64,000 bases of DNA from an uncultured beta proteobacterium (GTDB lineage: Bacteria; Pseudomonadota; Gammaproteobacteria; Burkholderiales; SG8-41): positions 59,578 through 123,577 of the forward strand of contig CAWHFX010000017.1 of the NCBI GenBank assembly GCA_963828715.1, read 5' to 3'. Position numbers and translations under genes: made by a program. The number at the start of each line of letters is the position of its first letter. Position 1 is the first letter of the stretch. A model generated the notes under the pieces. That model was not told the origin of the DNA and searched no databases. It saw only the letters and a program-made list of their open reading frames with translations. Below are positions 10,469 to 20,438 of this stretch, in pieces.

Positions 10469-11298
10469 ATATGCCTGATACATCAACCGCGATGCTGCGC
10501 CTCGACCCGTCACTCCTGCGTCTGGAACCCTATCCACATCTTGTTTCCGACGAAATGCTGGAGCCGGGCGCGTTCGAAGCGCTGCGAAAGGCATTTCCGG
10601 ACACCAGCATTTTCGAAGCGAATCGCAGACACGCGCTGGCCGCAGGCCGTGCGAGCCGCATCAATCTCGGGCGTGGTGATCCCCTGTTCGACAGGTTCCT
10701 CTCGCAGTCGCCGGTGTGGCGCGCCTTTTTCGATGAAATGAATTCGCCGGCCTTCATTGCGCGCGTGTATCAGCTTTTCGGGGACGCGCTTGCAACGCAC
10801 GAAAGCAGGCTCGACGCGCAACCGTACCAGTTTTACGAGCACGTCACGCGCCCGCCGACGAACCTCGCGTATCGTGCGCTGAACCGGCTCGGGGCGATCG
10901 AGGCCTTCGATCGCCTGCGCGCGGCCTTCGACAGCAACAAGCTGTGTCTCGATTTCGATATCGCATGGGCGCGCAACGGCTACGCCACCGAAGCGCATAC
11001 GGACAATCGCAACAAGCTGATTGCGATGCTGATCTATTTCGGCGAGACGGGCGGTAGCGGCGGCGAGTTCCAGGTGCTGAAGCTGAAGCATCCGCAACCG
11101 CTTTCGCAATGCAGGCGCTATCCCAGCGACGCGGAGCTCGACGTCGTGACTACGCTCGCGGCAAAGCCGAATCGCGGGCTGATCCTGCTCAACTGCAACA
11201 ACGCGTATCACGCCGTCACGCCGCTCGTTGGCAGCGACCGCCCGCGGCAGTTCATGTATCTGAGCGTCGGCAGTCGCTACAAGGCGCCGATCTGGTAG
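10465..11298 (+). CDS. 2OG-Fe(II) oxygenase-fold protein
   Basis: PYPHLV, HTD...K...MLIY, YHAV...R; ATGA overlap with the upstream gene. Confidence 0.75.
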   Translation: MNMPDTSTAMLRLDPSLLRLEPYPHLVSDEMLEPGAFEALRKAFPDTSIFEANRRHALAAGRASRINLGRGDPLFDRFLSQSPVWRAFFDEMNSPAFIARVYQLFGDALATHESRLDAQPYQFYEHVTRPPTNLAYRALNRLGAIEAFDRLRAAFDSNKLCLDFDIAWARNGYATEAHTDNRNKLIAMLIYFGETGGSGGEFQVLKLKHPQPLSQCRRYPSDAELDVVTTLAAKPNRGLILLNCNNAYHAVTPLVGSDRPRQFMYLSVGSRYKAPIW

Positions 11299-11342
11299 AC
11301 GCGGAAAGGCGCCCGAGCCTCTCGCTGTTCGCCGCGTGCCGT

Positions 11343-11954
11343 TTACTTGTGAGCGTGCGGGACGAGCTGGGGCGATATCTCGTTCAGCGTATACGGTCCC
11401 TTTGAGCATTTCACGTTCGGATTCGTGGGCGCGAACAGGCCGGCGGGATTGTCCTTCCACAGCCAGACGTGCAGGTCGTAATGATGTAGCGCCTGCGGCA
11501 TCAGCGGATGATGGCCTTCCATCGGTCCGTCGAACGGCTTATCGAAAAGCTGCGGGCGCTCCTTGAGCTCGGGAGAAAGCGGCACGAACCATTCGGCCGC
11601 GACCAGCCGCAGCTTGCCGTTGACGGGCTCGTACACGAGGATCTGCGGTTTGAGCGGATCGAGCGGCTGGCCGAGCAGCCCCGCGTTCAGGAAATGCACG
11701 CCCATTCCGCCTGCCACGTAGGGAACCTGGCCCGCCGCGCCGCCCTTCGGATACGTGACACACCCGACGGTCGAGAAATAGCCGTCGTGAACCGCCACCA
11801 GCGGATCCTTGTACTTGTCGAGCGCGTCGCGCACACGCTTCAACTCGGGTGGAACATCCTTTTTCCCTTGTGCGGCTGCCGGAGCGCTGAGCGCAGCGGC
11901 CATCACAAGGCCCAACGCAAGCGCAGCGCCGCGAAACGGCTTTCCTGTCGCCAT
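11343..11954 (-). CDS. Exported hypothetical protein
   Basis: Signal peptide; GMG.H, P..LVYE, LHVW.W..NP.G.F...NP.V motifs of an uncharacterised His-containing family. Confidence 0.75.
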   Translation of the reverse strand: MATGKPFRGAALALGLVMAAALSAPAAAQGKKDVPPELKRVRDALDKYKDPLVAVHDGYFSTVGCVTYPKGGAAGQVPYVAGGMGVHFLNAGLLGQPLDPLKPQILVYEPVNGKLRLVAAEWFVPLSPELKERPQLFDKPFDGPMEGHHPLMPQALHHYDLHVWLWKDNPAGLFAPTNPNVKCSKGPYTLNEISPQLVPHAHK

Positions 11955-12074
11955 GATTACACCTCCCCCGTGGTGACGAACCCGCGTAATCTACGCGCTC
12001 GCGACGTAGAGTCAATGTCTACGACGGCACATGGCTGCTGATCGTTGGCGACCCGAATGGGCGCACACGTTGAA

Positions 12075-12698
12075 ATGGAAACAGACGATTCTCACGACGT
12101 CCTGACCTTCTGGTTCCCGGACCTGGCCGGCGCGGATCACGCGAGAATGGTCGCGCAGTTCCGATGGTGGTTCGGCGGCGGATCGGACGAGACGATCGGG
12201 AGCCGTTACCCCGCGCTGACTGAGCGTGCAGCGCGAGGCGAGCTCGATGGGTGGGCCGATGCGCCCCGCTCGCGTCTCGCGCTCATCATCGTCCTCGATC
12301 AGTTCTCACGCTCACTCTACAGGAACACGCCGCAGGCGTTCGCGCACGATCCGAAAGCGCTGGGGTTGACGCTTGCGGGCCTCGAGAATGGTCACTACGC
12401 GGCTCTGGAGACACCGTGGGAGAAGACCTTCTTTTTTCTTCCGCTCGGCCATTCCGAATACCTTCCTTATCAGGAGCGTGCGGTTACGCTGGCCGAAGAA
12501 CTCGTCGTCAGCGCGCCCGCGAAGTTCCGGAAGATCCTGGAACACTCGGCGTCCCAGGCTCGTGCGCATCGCGACGTCATCGCGCGTTTCGGGCGTCATC
12601 CTCATCGGAACATGATTCTCGGAAGGTCATCGACTGCCGCCGAGGTTGAATACCTCGCCACCACTCAACTGGTACACACGCGGCTGCCGGGAGCGTAG
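12075..12698 (+). CDS. DUF924 family protein
   Basis: FWF, LA.IIVLDQFSR, F..LP..HSE, H..VI.RFGR.PHRN..LGR.ST. Confidence 0.9.
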   Translation: METDDSHDVLTFWFPDLAGADHARMVAQFRWWFGGGSDETIGSRYPALTERAARGELDGWADAPRSRLALIIVLDQFSRSLYRNTPQAFAHDPKALGLTLAGLENGHYAALETPWEKTFFFLPLGHSEYLPYQERAVTLAEELVVSAPAKFRKILEHSASQARAHRDVIARFGRHPHRNMILGRSSTAAEVEYLATTQLVHTRLPGA

Positions 12699-12706
12699 CG
12701 GCGACC

Positions 12707-13981
12707 TTACGTGAGCCGCGCGTGCATCCAGCGCGCAACTGTGAAGAGCGTACGGTCGGCACCCGGTGCAGCGATCACTTGCGCGCCGATCGGGAGCCCG
12801 TTCGGTCCCGTGAATACCGGGATGCTCATGGTCGGCGTGTGCATGAGTGTCCACGGTGAGGCCAGCGTGGAATCGCCGGTGTTCCAACCGACGGGCGCTT
12901 CGCCGGTCGCCGCGGGCGCGAGCAAGACGTCGAAATCCGCGAAGACAGGCGCGAGCCCGCGACGGCAACGCTCGGCCAGCGCACGCGCTGCGCAGTAGCT
13001 TTCGAAGCTGCACTCGAGCCCGAGGCGGATCTTTCCGTTGCGCAGCTCTTCGCTGAGCTCGCTCCAGTGATGCCGGATTTCACGCGTGAAGTTGAGCGCG
13101 AACTCGCGACACGTAATCAGGCGATGTGCTTCTTCCGCCCGCTCGAATTCCGCCGGCAGCGTCGCGTCGGACACGTTCGCCCCGGCACGCGCCAGGCCGC
13201 GTGCGGCGTCTTCGAGGAGCGCCTGCGTCTGCGGCTCGAGCTTCGACCATTGAGGTGGCCGGACGAATCCGATCCGCGGGCGGCGCATGTCACCAGGCAG
13301 CGGCATCGGGTCGACGCCGATCAGCACGTCGCGGTGAAGCGCGATGTCCTCCACCGTGCGCGCATAGAACCCGACCGTATCGCACGAGCCGGACGACTCC
13401 ATCATGCCGGAGCAGCGTACGTCCCCGAACGTCGGACGATACGCGAAGACGCCGCAAAACGAGCCCGGTTTGATGGTCGAGCCCGTCGTTTGCGAACCGA
13501 GCGCAAGCGGCACCATGAAATCGGCGACCGCCGCGGCCGACCCGCTCGACGAGCCGCCCGGCGTCCGCGCCGGATCGAGCGGGTGACGCGTCTTCCCCGG
13601 ATAGTTCACGGCGAACTCGGCCGTGATGGTCTTGCCCATGACCACGCCGCCCGCCTTGCGCCCGAGGGCAACGCACGCGGCATCGCGCCCGGGGCGGTGC
13701 CCCGCATAGATAGGCGAGCCGTACGCGGTCGGCATGTCGCACGTATCGATGATGTCTTTAACGCCGAACGGAACGCCGCTGAGCGGGCCGGATGTGCCAC
13801 TGCGATCCAGAGCGCGTGCTTGCGCGATTGCCAGTTCACGATCGAGAAAGGCCCACGCGTGGACGGACGGCTCTCGCTCCGCAATGCGCTCCAGGCACGC
13901 GCGCGTGACCGCTTCGCAGGTCGTGCGGCCGGTGCGAACCGCAGTGACGATCTCGATCGCCGACAGTCTGTGAAGATCCAT
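12707..13981 (-). CDS. Amidase signature family enzyme
   Basis: GPL.GVP.GVKD, TPGGSSSGSAAAVA, GSQTTGS, GLPIG.Q. Confidence 0.93.
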   Translation of the reverse strand: MDLHRLSAIEIVTAVRTGRTTCEAVTRACLERIAEREPSVHAWAFLDRELAIAQARALDRSGTSGPLSGVPFGVKDIIDTCDMPTAYGSPIYAGHRPGRDAACVALGRKAGGVVMGKTITAEFAVNYPGKTRHPLDPARTPGGSSSGSAAAVADFMVPLALGSQTTGSTIKPGSFCGVFAYRPTFGDVRCSGMMESSGSCDTVGFYARTVEDIALHRDVLIGVDPMPLPGDMRRPRIGFVRPPQWSKLEPQTQALLEDAARGLARAGANVSDATLPAEFERAEEAHRLITCREFALNFTREIRHHWSELSEELRNGKIRLGLECSFESYCAARALAERCRRGLAPVFADFDVLLAPAATGEAPVGWNTGDSTLASPWTLMHTPTMSIPVFTGPNGLPIGAQVIAAPGADRTLFTVARWMHARLT

Positions 13982-14042
13982 TCAGCGGCCTCGGGCGCAG
14001 GCAGCGGATCGATGAAGACGCTCGAGGCGCATCAACGTGCCC

Positions 14043-15023
14043 TCAATCGGCTTTGATGCCCGTCTCGCGCACGATCCTGCCCCATTTCGCAACGTCGTTC
14101 GATATGAGCTGAGCAAAACCGGCGGGCGTGTCGCGGAACGGCTGCGTGCCCTGTTTCGCCATGTGCTCTTTCAACTCGGGGCTCTGCTGCAGGCGCTCGA
14201 TTTCCGCGTTCAGCTTGTTGACGACGGCGGTCGGGGTACCCGCGGGCGCCAGCAGTCCGACCCATACCACGGCTTCGTAGCCCTTCAGTCCGGCTGCCTC
14301 GTCCACGGTTGGCAATTCGGGCGCGAGCGGCGTGCGCTGTGCCGTTGTAACAGCCAGGATGCGCAGCTTCCCGGCTTTGGCATGCGGCAGCGACGGAGGC
14401 AGGCTCGTGGACAGCACGGGCAACTGTCCTCCGAGTACCGCGACGGTAGACGGGCCGGCGCCGTTGTACGGTACGGCCAGCATCTTGATGCCCGCCATCG
14501 ACAGAAAGAGCTCCATGCCCACGTGCATGAGCGTGCCGTTGCCCGCATGCGCATAGCTCAGATCGGCGGATCTCGATTTGGCGAGCGTGATCAGATCGCG
14601 CAGCGTCTTTGCGGGCAATGAGGGATGAATGGCGATCACGTCGGCCTGCAATGCCGTCGGCGTCACGGGCGCAAAGCTCTTCACCGTATCGTAGGGAAGC
14701 TTGCCATAGAGCGATGCGTTGATCGAGTGCGTCACGGATACCATGATGAGCGTGTATCCATCGGGCGGTGCTTTCGCGAGCAGGTCACTCGCGAGCGTGC
14801 CGCCGGCGCCGGGTCGATTGTCGACGAACACCGACTGGCCGAGCGCCTCGGTGAGTTGCTGGGCATAGATGCGCGCCACGATGTCGATGCCGCCGCCGGC
14901 GGCGAAACCGACGAGAATGCGCACGGGCTTCGCGGGATACGCCGGTGCTGCCGTCTGCCCGAACGCCGTCGCCGAAAGGGACAACGCCGCTGCGCATGCG
15001 ATCCCGGTGAAACGGTGCATCAT
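14043..15023 (-). CDS. Bug/TctC substrate-binding protein
   Basis: YPAKPVRILVGFAAGGG.D, DNRPGAGG, PDGYTL; AGGAG RBS. Confidence 0.92.
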   Translation of the reverse strand: MMHRFTGIACAAALSLSATAFGQTAAPAYPAKPVRILVGFAAGGGIDIVARIYAQQLTEALGQSVFVDNRPGAGGTLASDLLAKAPPDGYTLIMVSVTHSINASLYGKLPYDTVKSFAPVTPTALQADVIAIHPSLPAKTLRDLITLAKSRSADLSYAHAGNGTLMHVGMELFLSMAGIKMLAVPYNGAGPSTVAVLGGQLPVLSTSLPPSLPHAKAGKLRILAVTTAQRTPLAPELPTVDEAAGLKGYEAVVWVGLLAPAGTPTAVVNKLNAEIERLQQSPELKEHMAKQGTQPFRDTPAGFAQLISNDVAKWGRIVRETGIKAD

Positions 15024-15156
15024 CTCTCCTGTCGATTCCACGAGTCCACTCCGCGTGGGTGGTGACTCGCCCTTGTTGCACGATCGGCGGACGGTAACAT
15101 ACGGTGAGAAACGATAAGGAGGTATGGAGGATGCGCATCGTCGCCCTCCGCGGGCT

Positions 15157-15219
15157 CCCGCGAACGTGACATTCACGCGCAGGTTAGAACTCACGTCCGA
15201 TCGTGCGAGGCTCACGGCG
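15157..15219 (+). repeat. 95-bp element, partial copy (3' two-thirds)
   Basis: CCGCGAACGTGACATTC...TTAGAACTCACGTCCGATCGTGCGAGGCTC matches the copies at 30.7, 41.3, 53.6 and 62.6 kb. Confidence 0.75.
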
Positions 15220-15247
15220 TCGGAAAACACGTCACCGCCATAGACGG

Positions 15248-16903
15248 CTAGTCGTATACCGTCTCCGAGTAGTGCGCGGGGTCCACGCCGATGTGAATGA
15301 CGTTCGGCCCGTCCATCGCGAGTGCGCTTACCAGCGCGTGCTCGAGATCCGCGGCGTTTTCGCCCGTCATCACCGGAACGCCGAAATAATGCGCGGGCGG
15401 CTGTCGGGTTTCGGCGGGGAGCGCGGTGCCGTAGTAAGGCAATGAGCGCCGTTCCTGTTTTACTTTGATGAGACTCAGCCAGCCGTCGTCGAGGACGACG
15501 AACGGGATCGCAAGCCGCTCACGTTTGGCCACCGCGAGCTCGCCGCACGTCATCTGGAAACAACCGTCGCCGACGATGCACACGACCGGGAGATCCGGCC
15601 GCGCGAGTTTGGCCGCGATGGCAGCAGGCAACCCGAAGCCCATGGAAGACCAGCCGTTTGTAATGAGGAACGTGCGCGGACCGTAGGCCGTCCACTGGCT
15701 TGCGATCTGGTGCGTGTGGGCGCCGACGTCGAAGGCGAGCACCCCCTCGTGCGGCAGAACGCGGCGCACAACGTCGATCGCCTCGTGCGGTGAGAAGCGG
15801 TCGCCCGCCGGCCGCAAAGACCGCTGAAAGGCGGAGCGGTGTGCGTCCACCTCCGCGATGTGAACACCATCATCGCCAGCCTGCCGCGTCCATGCGTTCG
15901 GGATCGGATCCAGCCCGGCGAGCGCGGGGATCGATTGCGCGAGCGGCCCCACGACCTCATGCACGATGCGCACCGAAGAATCCACGTCGGCGCGCTCGAC
16001 ATCGACGTGCAGCAGCGGCACGTCGCCGATCCATGCTTCGTATTCGACCTCGACCGTGTCGTAGCCCAGGCCGATGATCAAGTCGGCGTGTTCCCGGATG
16101 AAACCACGCTGAAGCTGGCGCCTGGCGCGCTCGATGCAGCCGATCGAGAGCGGATGCGTTTCGTCGATGAGGCCTTTCGCCATCGTCGTGGTGGCGAACG
16201 GAATGCCGTGGCGTTCCACGAGCGCGCGCAAAGATCCAGGCTGCGGAAGCCGCATTGCATTCGCGCCAATGACGGCGACGGGACGTTTCGCGTTGCGGAG
16301 CAACGTGGCCGCGCGGTCGATGCCGTTATCGGAACGATCCGATTGTCCGGAACGTGCGGCGCCGGGCGCATCTGCGCCAGCGATCGATTCGCGAGGGACA
16401 GATTCCTGAGCAGCCGCGAGCGCGACATCTTCCGGCAGATCGAGGTGCACGGGTCCGGGCGGCTCGCTGATCGCGATACGCAGCGCCTTTTCGAGTGTCG
16501 TGGCGATTTCGCCCCTGCGCAGCCGAAAGCTTGCTTTCGTGATCGGTTTGAAGAGTGTTTCATGATCGATCCACATCTGCATGCGGCGCCCGAGCTGGGC
16601 TTCGTTGAGGGTGCACGTGATCGCGATGAGCGGCGAGCGATCGAGATACGCGCAGCCGACGCCGGTGGCGAGATTCGTCGCACCCGGCCCGAGTGTCGCG
16701 ATGCACAGACCCGGAACTCCGGTCATTCGCGCCGTCACGTCGGCGGCGAAGCCGGCTGAACCTTCGTGCGCGGTCAGGACGAAGTCGATGCCGCCCTCAC
16801 GCATCGCTTCCATGAGCGGCAGAACATTTCCGCTGGGCACACCGAAGCCGCGCTGGATTCCGGCGGCCCTGAGAATGGCGACGATGAGATCCGCGTTGTT
16901 CAT
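15248..16903 (-). CDS. Thiamine-diphosphate-dependent enzyme (acetolactate synthase-like)
   Basis: FGVPSG, HE..AGF.A, GPGATN, PGPVHLDLP, SMGFGLP, GDG.F.M. Confidence 0.92.
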   Translation of the reverse strand: MNNADLIVAILRAAGIQRGFGVPSGNVLPLMEAMREGGIDFVLTAHEGSAGFAADVTARMTGVPGLCIATLGPGATNLATGVGCAYLDRSPLIAITCTLNEAQLGRRMQMWIDHETLFKPITKASFRLRRGEIATTLEKALRIAISEPPGPVHLDLPEDVALAAAQESVPRESIAGADAPGAARSGQSDRSDNGIDRAATLLRNAKRPVAVIGANAMRLPQPGSLRALVERHGIPFATTTMAKGLIDETHPLSIGCIERARRQLQRGFIREHADLIIGLGYDTVEVEYEAWIGDVPLLHVDVERADVDSSVRIVHEVVGPLAQSIPALAGLDPIPNAWTRQAGDDGVHIAEVDAHRSAFQRSLRPAGDRFSPHEAIDVVRRVLPHEGVLAFDVGAHTHQIASQWTAYGPRTFLITNGWSSMGFGLPAAIAAKLARPDLPVVCIVGDGCFQMTCGELAVAKRERLAIPFVVLDDGWLSLIKVKQERRSLPYYGTALPAETRQPPAHYFGVPVMTGENAADLEHALVSALAMDGPNVIHIGVDPAHYSETVYD

Positions 16904-16952
16904 GTCCTATACGTTACCATTGCTGCATCGAATCGCGACGTGGAGGCGCGCC

Positions 16953-18179
16953 ATGCCCAGTAGCGTTGTCCGTTTTCCGTCGAGCCACGGTCACGAGCTT
17001 GCGGCGCGGCTCGACATTCCGGCCGGCACCCCGCGTGCCTACGCGCTGTTCGCGCACTGCTTCACGTGTTCGAAGGACTCGAAAGGCGCGGCCTTCATCG
17101 CGCAGTCGCTCGCGGCGCGCGGCATCGCGGTGCTGCGCTTCGATTTCACCGGCCTCGGGATGAGCGGCGGCGAATTCGCGGATTCGACTTTCAGCTCCAA
17201 CATCAGTGATCTTCTCGCCGCAGTGCAGTACCTGCGTGAGCAGCATCGGGCGCCGTCGATCCTGATCGGACACAGTCTCGGCGGGGCCGCTGTGCTTGCC
17301 GCCGCACGCGAGACAAGTGAGGCGACCGCTGTCGCGACGATCGGCGCGCCCTTCGAGCCGCGGCACGTCGCGCATCTGCTGAAAGAGAGCAAGGCGGAGA
17401 TCGTTGCCAAAGGCGAAGCCACGGTCGACATCGGCGGCCGGCCATTCCGCGTGCGACGCGAGTTCATAGACGACCTCGAGAGACACGATCTAACGGAAGC
17501 GATTGCTTCGATGCGCAAAGCCCTGCTCGTGTTGCATTCGCCGGTCGACGCGATCGTGCCGATCGAGAACGCATCGAAGATATTTCTCGCCGCCAAGCAT
17601 CCGAAGAGTTTCGTTTCGCTGGACGATGCCGACCACTTGCTGACGCGCCGTGGCGACGCGGCGTACGTCGGAGAAGTATTGTCGGCCTGGGCCTCACGCT
17701 ACCTCGAAGGGGAGGAGCAGGTGAAGCCCGAGAGTGTGTCCGGTGTGCGGGTCATCGAGGCGGGGGAAGGCAAATTTGCGCAGGACGTCGTGGCCGGCCG
17801 TCACCGTTTTCGAGCGGACGAGCCGTTGTCGGTCGGCGGCGCAGACACGGGGCCGAGCCCGTACGACCTGCTCGTGGCGGCGCTCGGCACCTGTACGGCG
17901 ATGACCGTTCGCATGTACGCCGACCTCAAGAAGATTCCGCTGCAGCGCGTGAGCGTCGAGCTGAAGCACGAGAAAGTGCATGCGCAGGATTGCGTGGATT
18001 GCGACTCGAAGGATGCGAAGCTCGATCGTATCGATCGCGTTCTCACGTTCGAGGGCTCGCTCGACGAGACGCAGCGTGCGCGGCTCCTCGAGATCGCGAA
18101 CAAGTGTCCGGTGCATCGCACACTCGAGCGGGGCGTAACGATCTCGACGGCCGCTGTTGATCCCGCCGTCGATGCGTGA
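16953..18179 (+). CDS. Alpha/beta hydrolase-OsmC fusion protein
   Basis: FAHCFTC, GHSLGG, KSFVSLD.ADHLL, then ADEP...GP.PY...LG.C and KCPVH. Confidence 0.93.
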   Translation: MPSSVVRFPSSHGHELAARLDIPAGTPRAYALFAHCFTCSKDSKGAAFIAQSLAARGIAVLRFDFTGLGMSGGEFADSTFSSNISDLLAAVQYLREQHRAPSILIGHSLGGAAVLAAARETSEATAVATIGAPFEPRHVAHLLKESKAEIVAKGEATVDIGGRPFRVRREFIDDLERHDLTEAIASMRKALLVLHSPVDAIVPIENASKIFLAAKHPKSFVSLDDADHLLTRRGDAAYVGEVLSAWASRYLEGEEQVKPESVSGVRVIEAGEGKFAQDVVAGRHRFRADEPLSVGGADTGPSPYDLLVAALGTCTAMTVRMYADLKKIPLQRVSVELKHEKVHAQDCVDCDSKDAKLDRIDRVLTFEGSLDETQRARLLEIANKCPVHRTLERGVTISTAAVDPAVDA

Positions 18180-18311
18180 CAATGCGCTGCCGCACCAGTA
18201 AATTTTGACGGCGCTTACACAACGCAGAGGCGGAGGAATGGGACGCACGTCCGGACACGGATATGGACGCATAGGCGAAGTCATCATTGAGACAGCTGGG
18301 ATCGAGGTCGC

Positions 18312-19313
18312 ATGAATCCGAATGAACTGAAAAGCGCACACGCGGTGCTGCGCGCATCGCCCGAAACGGTCGTGTGGGGTGCAATCCCGGCGGACAGGAC
18401 GCCGGTGCTGCGCATTCGCTCGGGCGATACGGTGGTGATCGAGACCGTATCGCAGCAGCCGCTCAACAACGAAGACCCGGCGACTTTCTTCGACGCGGCA
18501 GGCATCGAGCCACAGCAGATCCTGCCGGAGGCGATCGCGATCTACCGGCAGGTGAAGAAATCGCCGCCGGGCGGTCCCCACGTGCTGACCGGGCCGGTGC
18601 ATATCGAAGGCGCCGCGCCCGGCGACATGCTCGAGGTGCGCGTGCTCGATGTCGCATTCCGGGTGCCGTACGGCGTGAACGGCATCGGCCCGGGATCGGG
18701 CGTGCTGCCCGATCTGCTGTCCGCGCGCGTGGCTCCGGTGATCCGGCTCGATCTCGAACGGCGCGTTGCGTTGTTTGCAGGCGGCACCGAAATCCCGCTG
18801 GCGCCCTTCATGGGCATCATGTCCGTCGCGCCCCCGCCCGAACGCGCGCCCGTGAGCACGAAGCCGCCCGGCGAATGGGGCGGCAATATCGATTTCAAAC
18901 ACCTGGTCGCAGGTTCGAAACTCTACTTGCCCGTTTTCAACGAGGGCGCTCTGTTCTATACGGGCGATGGACATGCAGCGCAGGGCGACGGCGAGGTGGA
19001 TGGCGCGACGATCGAGATTTCACTCGCGCCCACGCTGCAGTTCGTCGTTCACAAGCGTGCGGGCAAGCGCATGAAGTGGCCGCGCGCGGAGGACGCTGCT
19101 TACGATTACGTGATGGGGATGGACGAAGATCTCGATCTCGCGCTCAAGGAAGCGGTGCGCGAAAGCGTCGAGTTCATTCAGCGCCGCGCGGGTGTGACGG
19201 CCGCGGAAGCGTATGCGCTGTCGAGCTTCAACGTCGATTTCCGGATCGCGGAAGCCGTGAATCTCGTGAAGATGGTCTACGGTGTGATTCCGAAGAAGCT
19301 TTTCTGCGCGTAA
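18312..19313 (+). CDS. Acetamidase/formamidase family protein
   Basis: H.LTGP..IEGA.PGD, PFMG, GGNID, GD.HA.QGDGEV. Confidence 0.92.
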   Translation: MNPNELKSAHAVLRASPETVVWGAIPADRTPVLRIRSGDTVVIETVSQQPLNNEDPATFFDAAGIEPQQILPEAIAIYRQVKKSPPGGPHVLTGPVHIEGAAPGDMLEVRVLDVAFRVPYGVNGIGPGSGVLPDLLSARVAPVIRLDLERRVALFAGGTEIPLAPFMGIMSVAPPPERAPVSTKPPGEWGGNIDFKHLVAGSKLYLPVFNEGALFYTGDGHAAQGDGEVDGATIEISLAPTLQFVVHKRAGKRMKWPRAEDAAYDYVMGMDEDLDLALKEAVRESVEFIQRRAGVTAAEAYALSSFNVDFRIAEAVNLVKMVYGVIPKKLFCA

Positions 19314-19334
19314 GCGCGTAAGAGGAGATCGGAC

Positions 19335-20414
19335 ATGGGGCAGATTCTCGGACTCGGCATCACGCATTATCCGAACCTCGCCTCCAAGCTCAACATGAGC
19401 TGGCGCTTCCAGCAGGCGCTCGAGGATCCAACGGTGCCCGCACGCTTCCGGTCGATCGAGAACTGGCATCCGACGATGCGCGAGCAGTGGAGCGACGACA
19501 AAGGACAGGCGCATTCGGATCGTCACCGCCGGGACATGATCGAGCAGTTTCGCAAAGTACGTCGCGAGCTCGATGCGTTCGAGCCGGATTTCGTCCTGAT
19601 CTGGGGCGACGATCAGTACGAAAATTTCCGCGAAGACTGCGTGCCCGCATTTTCGATTCTCGCGTACGACACCGTCGAGCTTCAGCCGTGGAAAGGTTAT
19701 CGCCGGGGCGCCAACGCATGGGACGAACCCGAGGACAAGACCTTCGTCGTGAAAGGTCATCGTGCCGGCGGCAAGTACCTCGCGACCGCGTTGCTGAAGG
19801 CCGGGATCGACGTCGCATACGCGTACAAGCCACTCCATCATCCGCTCGGCCACGCGTTCGCCAATTCGCTGCTCTTTCTCGATTACGACCGCCGCGGCTT
19901 TCCTTATCCGATAGTCCCGTTCGCGGTGAATGCGTATGGGCGGTGGCTCATATCGGCCCGCGGTGCGCCGCGGCTTCCATCCGAGGGCGAGGGCGCCATT
20001 CCTGAGCAACAGAGCGATTTCGATCCGCCGGCCCCGCAGCCCTGGCGCTGCATGGAAGTGGGCGCGGCGATCGCACGTGCGCTGCGGGACAGTCCGTGGC
20101 GTGTCGCCGTGATCGCTTCGTCGAGCTGGAGCCACGCTTTTCTCGTGCAGAAGAACGCGCTTCTCTTCCCGGACGTCGACGCGGACCGGCGTTACTACGA
20201 CGCGCTTCGAAACGGCGACTCGGAAACGTGGCGCAATACGAGCATCGAAGAGGTCGAGGATCGCGGCCACCACGAGCTCTTGAACTGGTTCTGCCTCGTC
20301 GGTGCGATGCATGAACTGGGACGGACGAAACCGGACGAATCGGTGTTCCTCGAATCGTGGATCACCAATTCCGACAAGGTGTTCGCGGTTTACCGGCCGA
20401 ATGGGGTCCGCTGA
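19335..20414 (+). CDS. LigB-like (class III extradiol dioxygenase fold) protein
   Basis: LGLG.TH.P, PD.VLI.GDDQ.ENF, HAF, RVAVIAS...SH, E..NW. Confidence 0.8.
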   Translation: MGQILGLGITHYPNLASKLNMSWRFQQALEDPTVPARFRSIENWHPTMREQWSDDKGQAHSDRHRRDMIEQFRKVRRELDAFEPDFVLIWGDDQYENFREDCVPAFSILAYDTVELQPWKGYRRGANAWDEPEDKTFVVKGHRAGGKYLATALLKAGIDVAYAYKPLHHPLGHAFANSLLFLDYDRRGFPYPIVPFAVNAYGRWLISARGAPRLPSEGEGAIPEQQSDFDPPAPQPWRCMEVGAAIARALRDSPWRVAVIASSSWSHAFLVQKNALLFPDVDADRRYYDALRNGDSETWRNTSIEEVEDRGHHELLNWFCLVGAMHELGRTKPDESVFLESWITNSDKVFAVYRPNGVR

Positions 20415-20438
20415 AAACGTATCGATAACCCACGCCCA

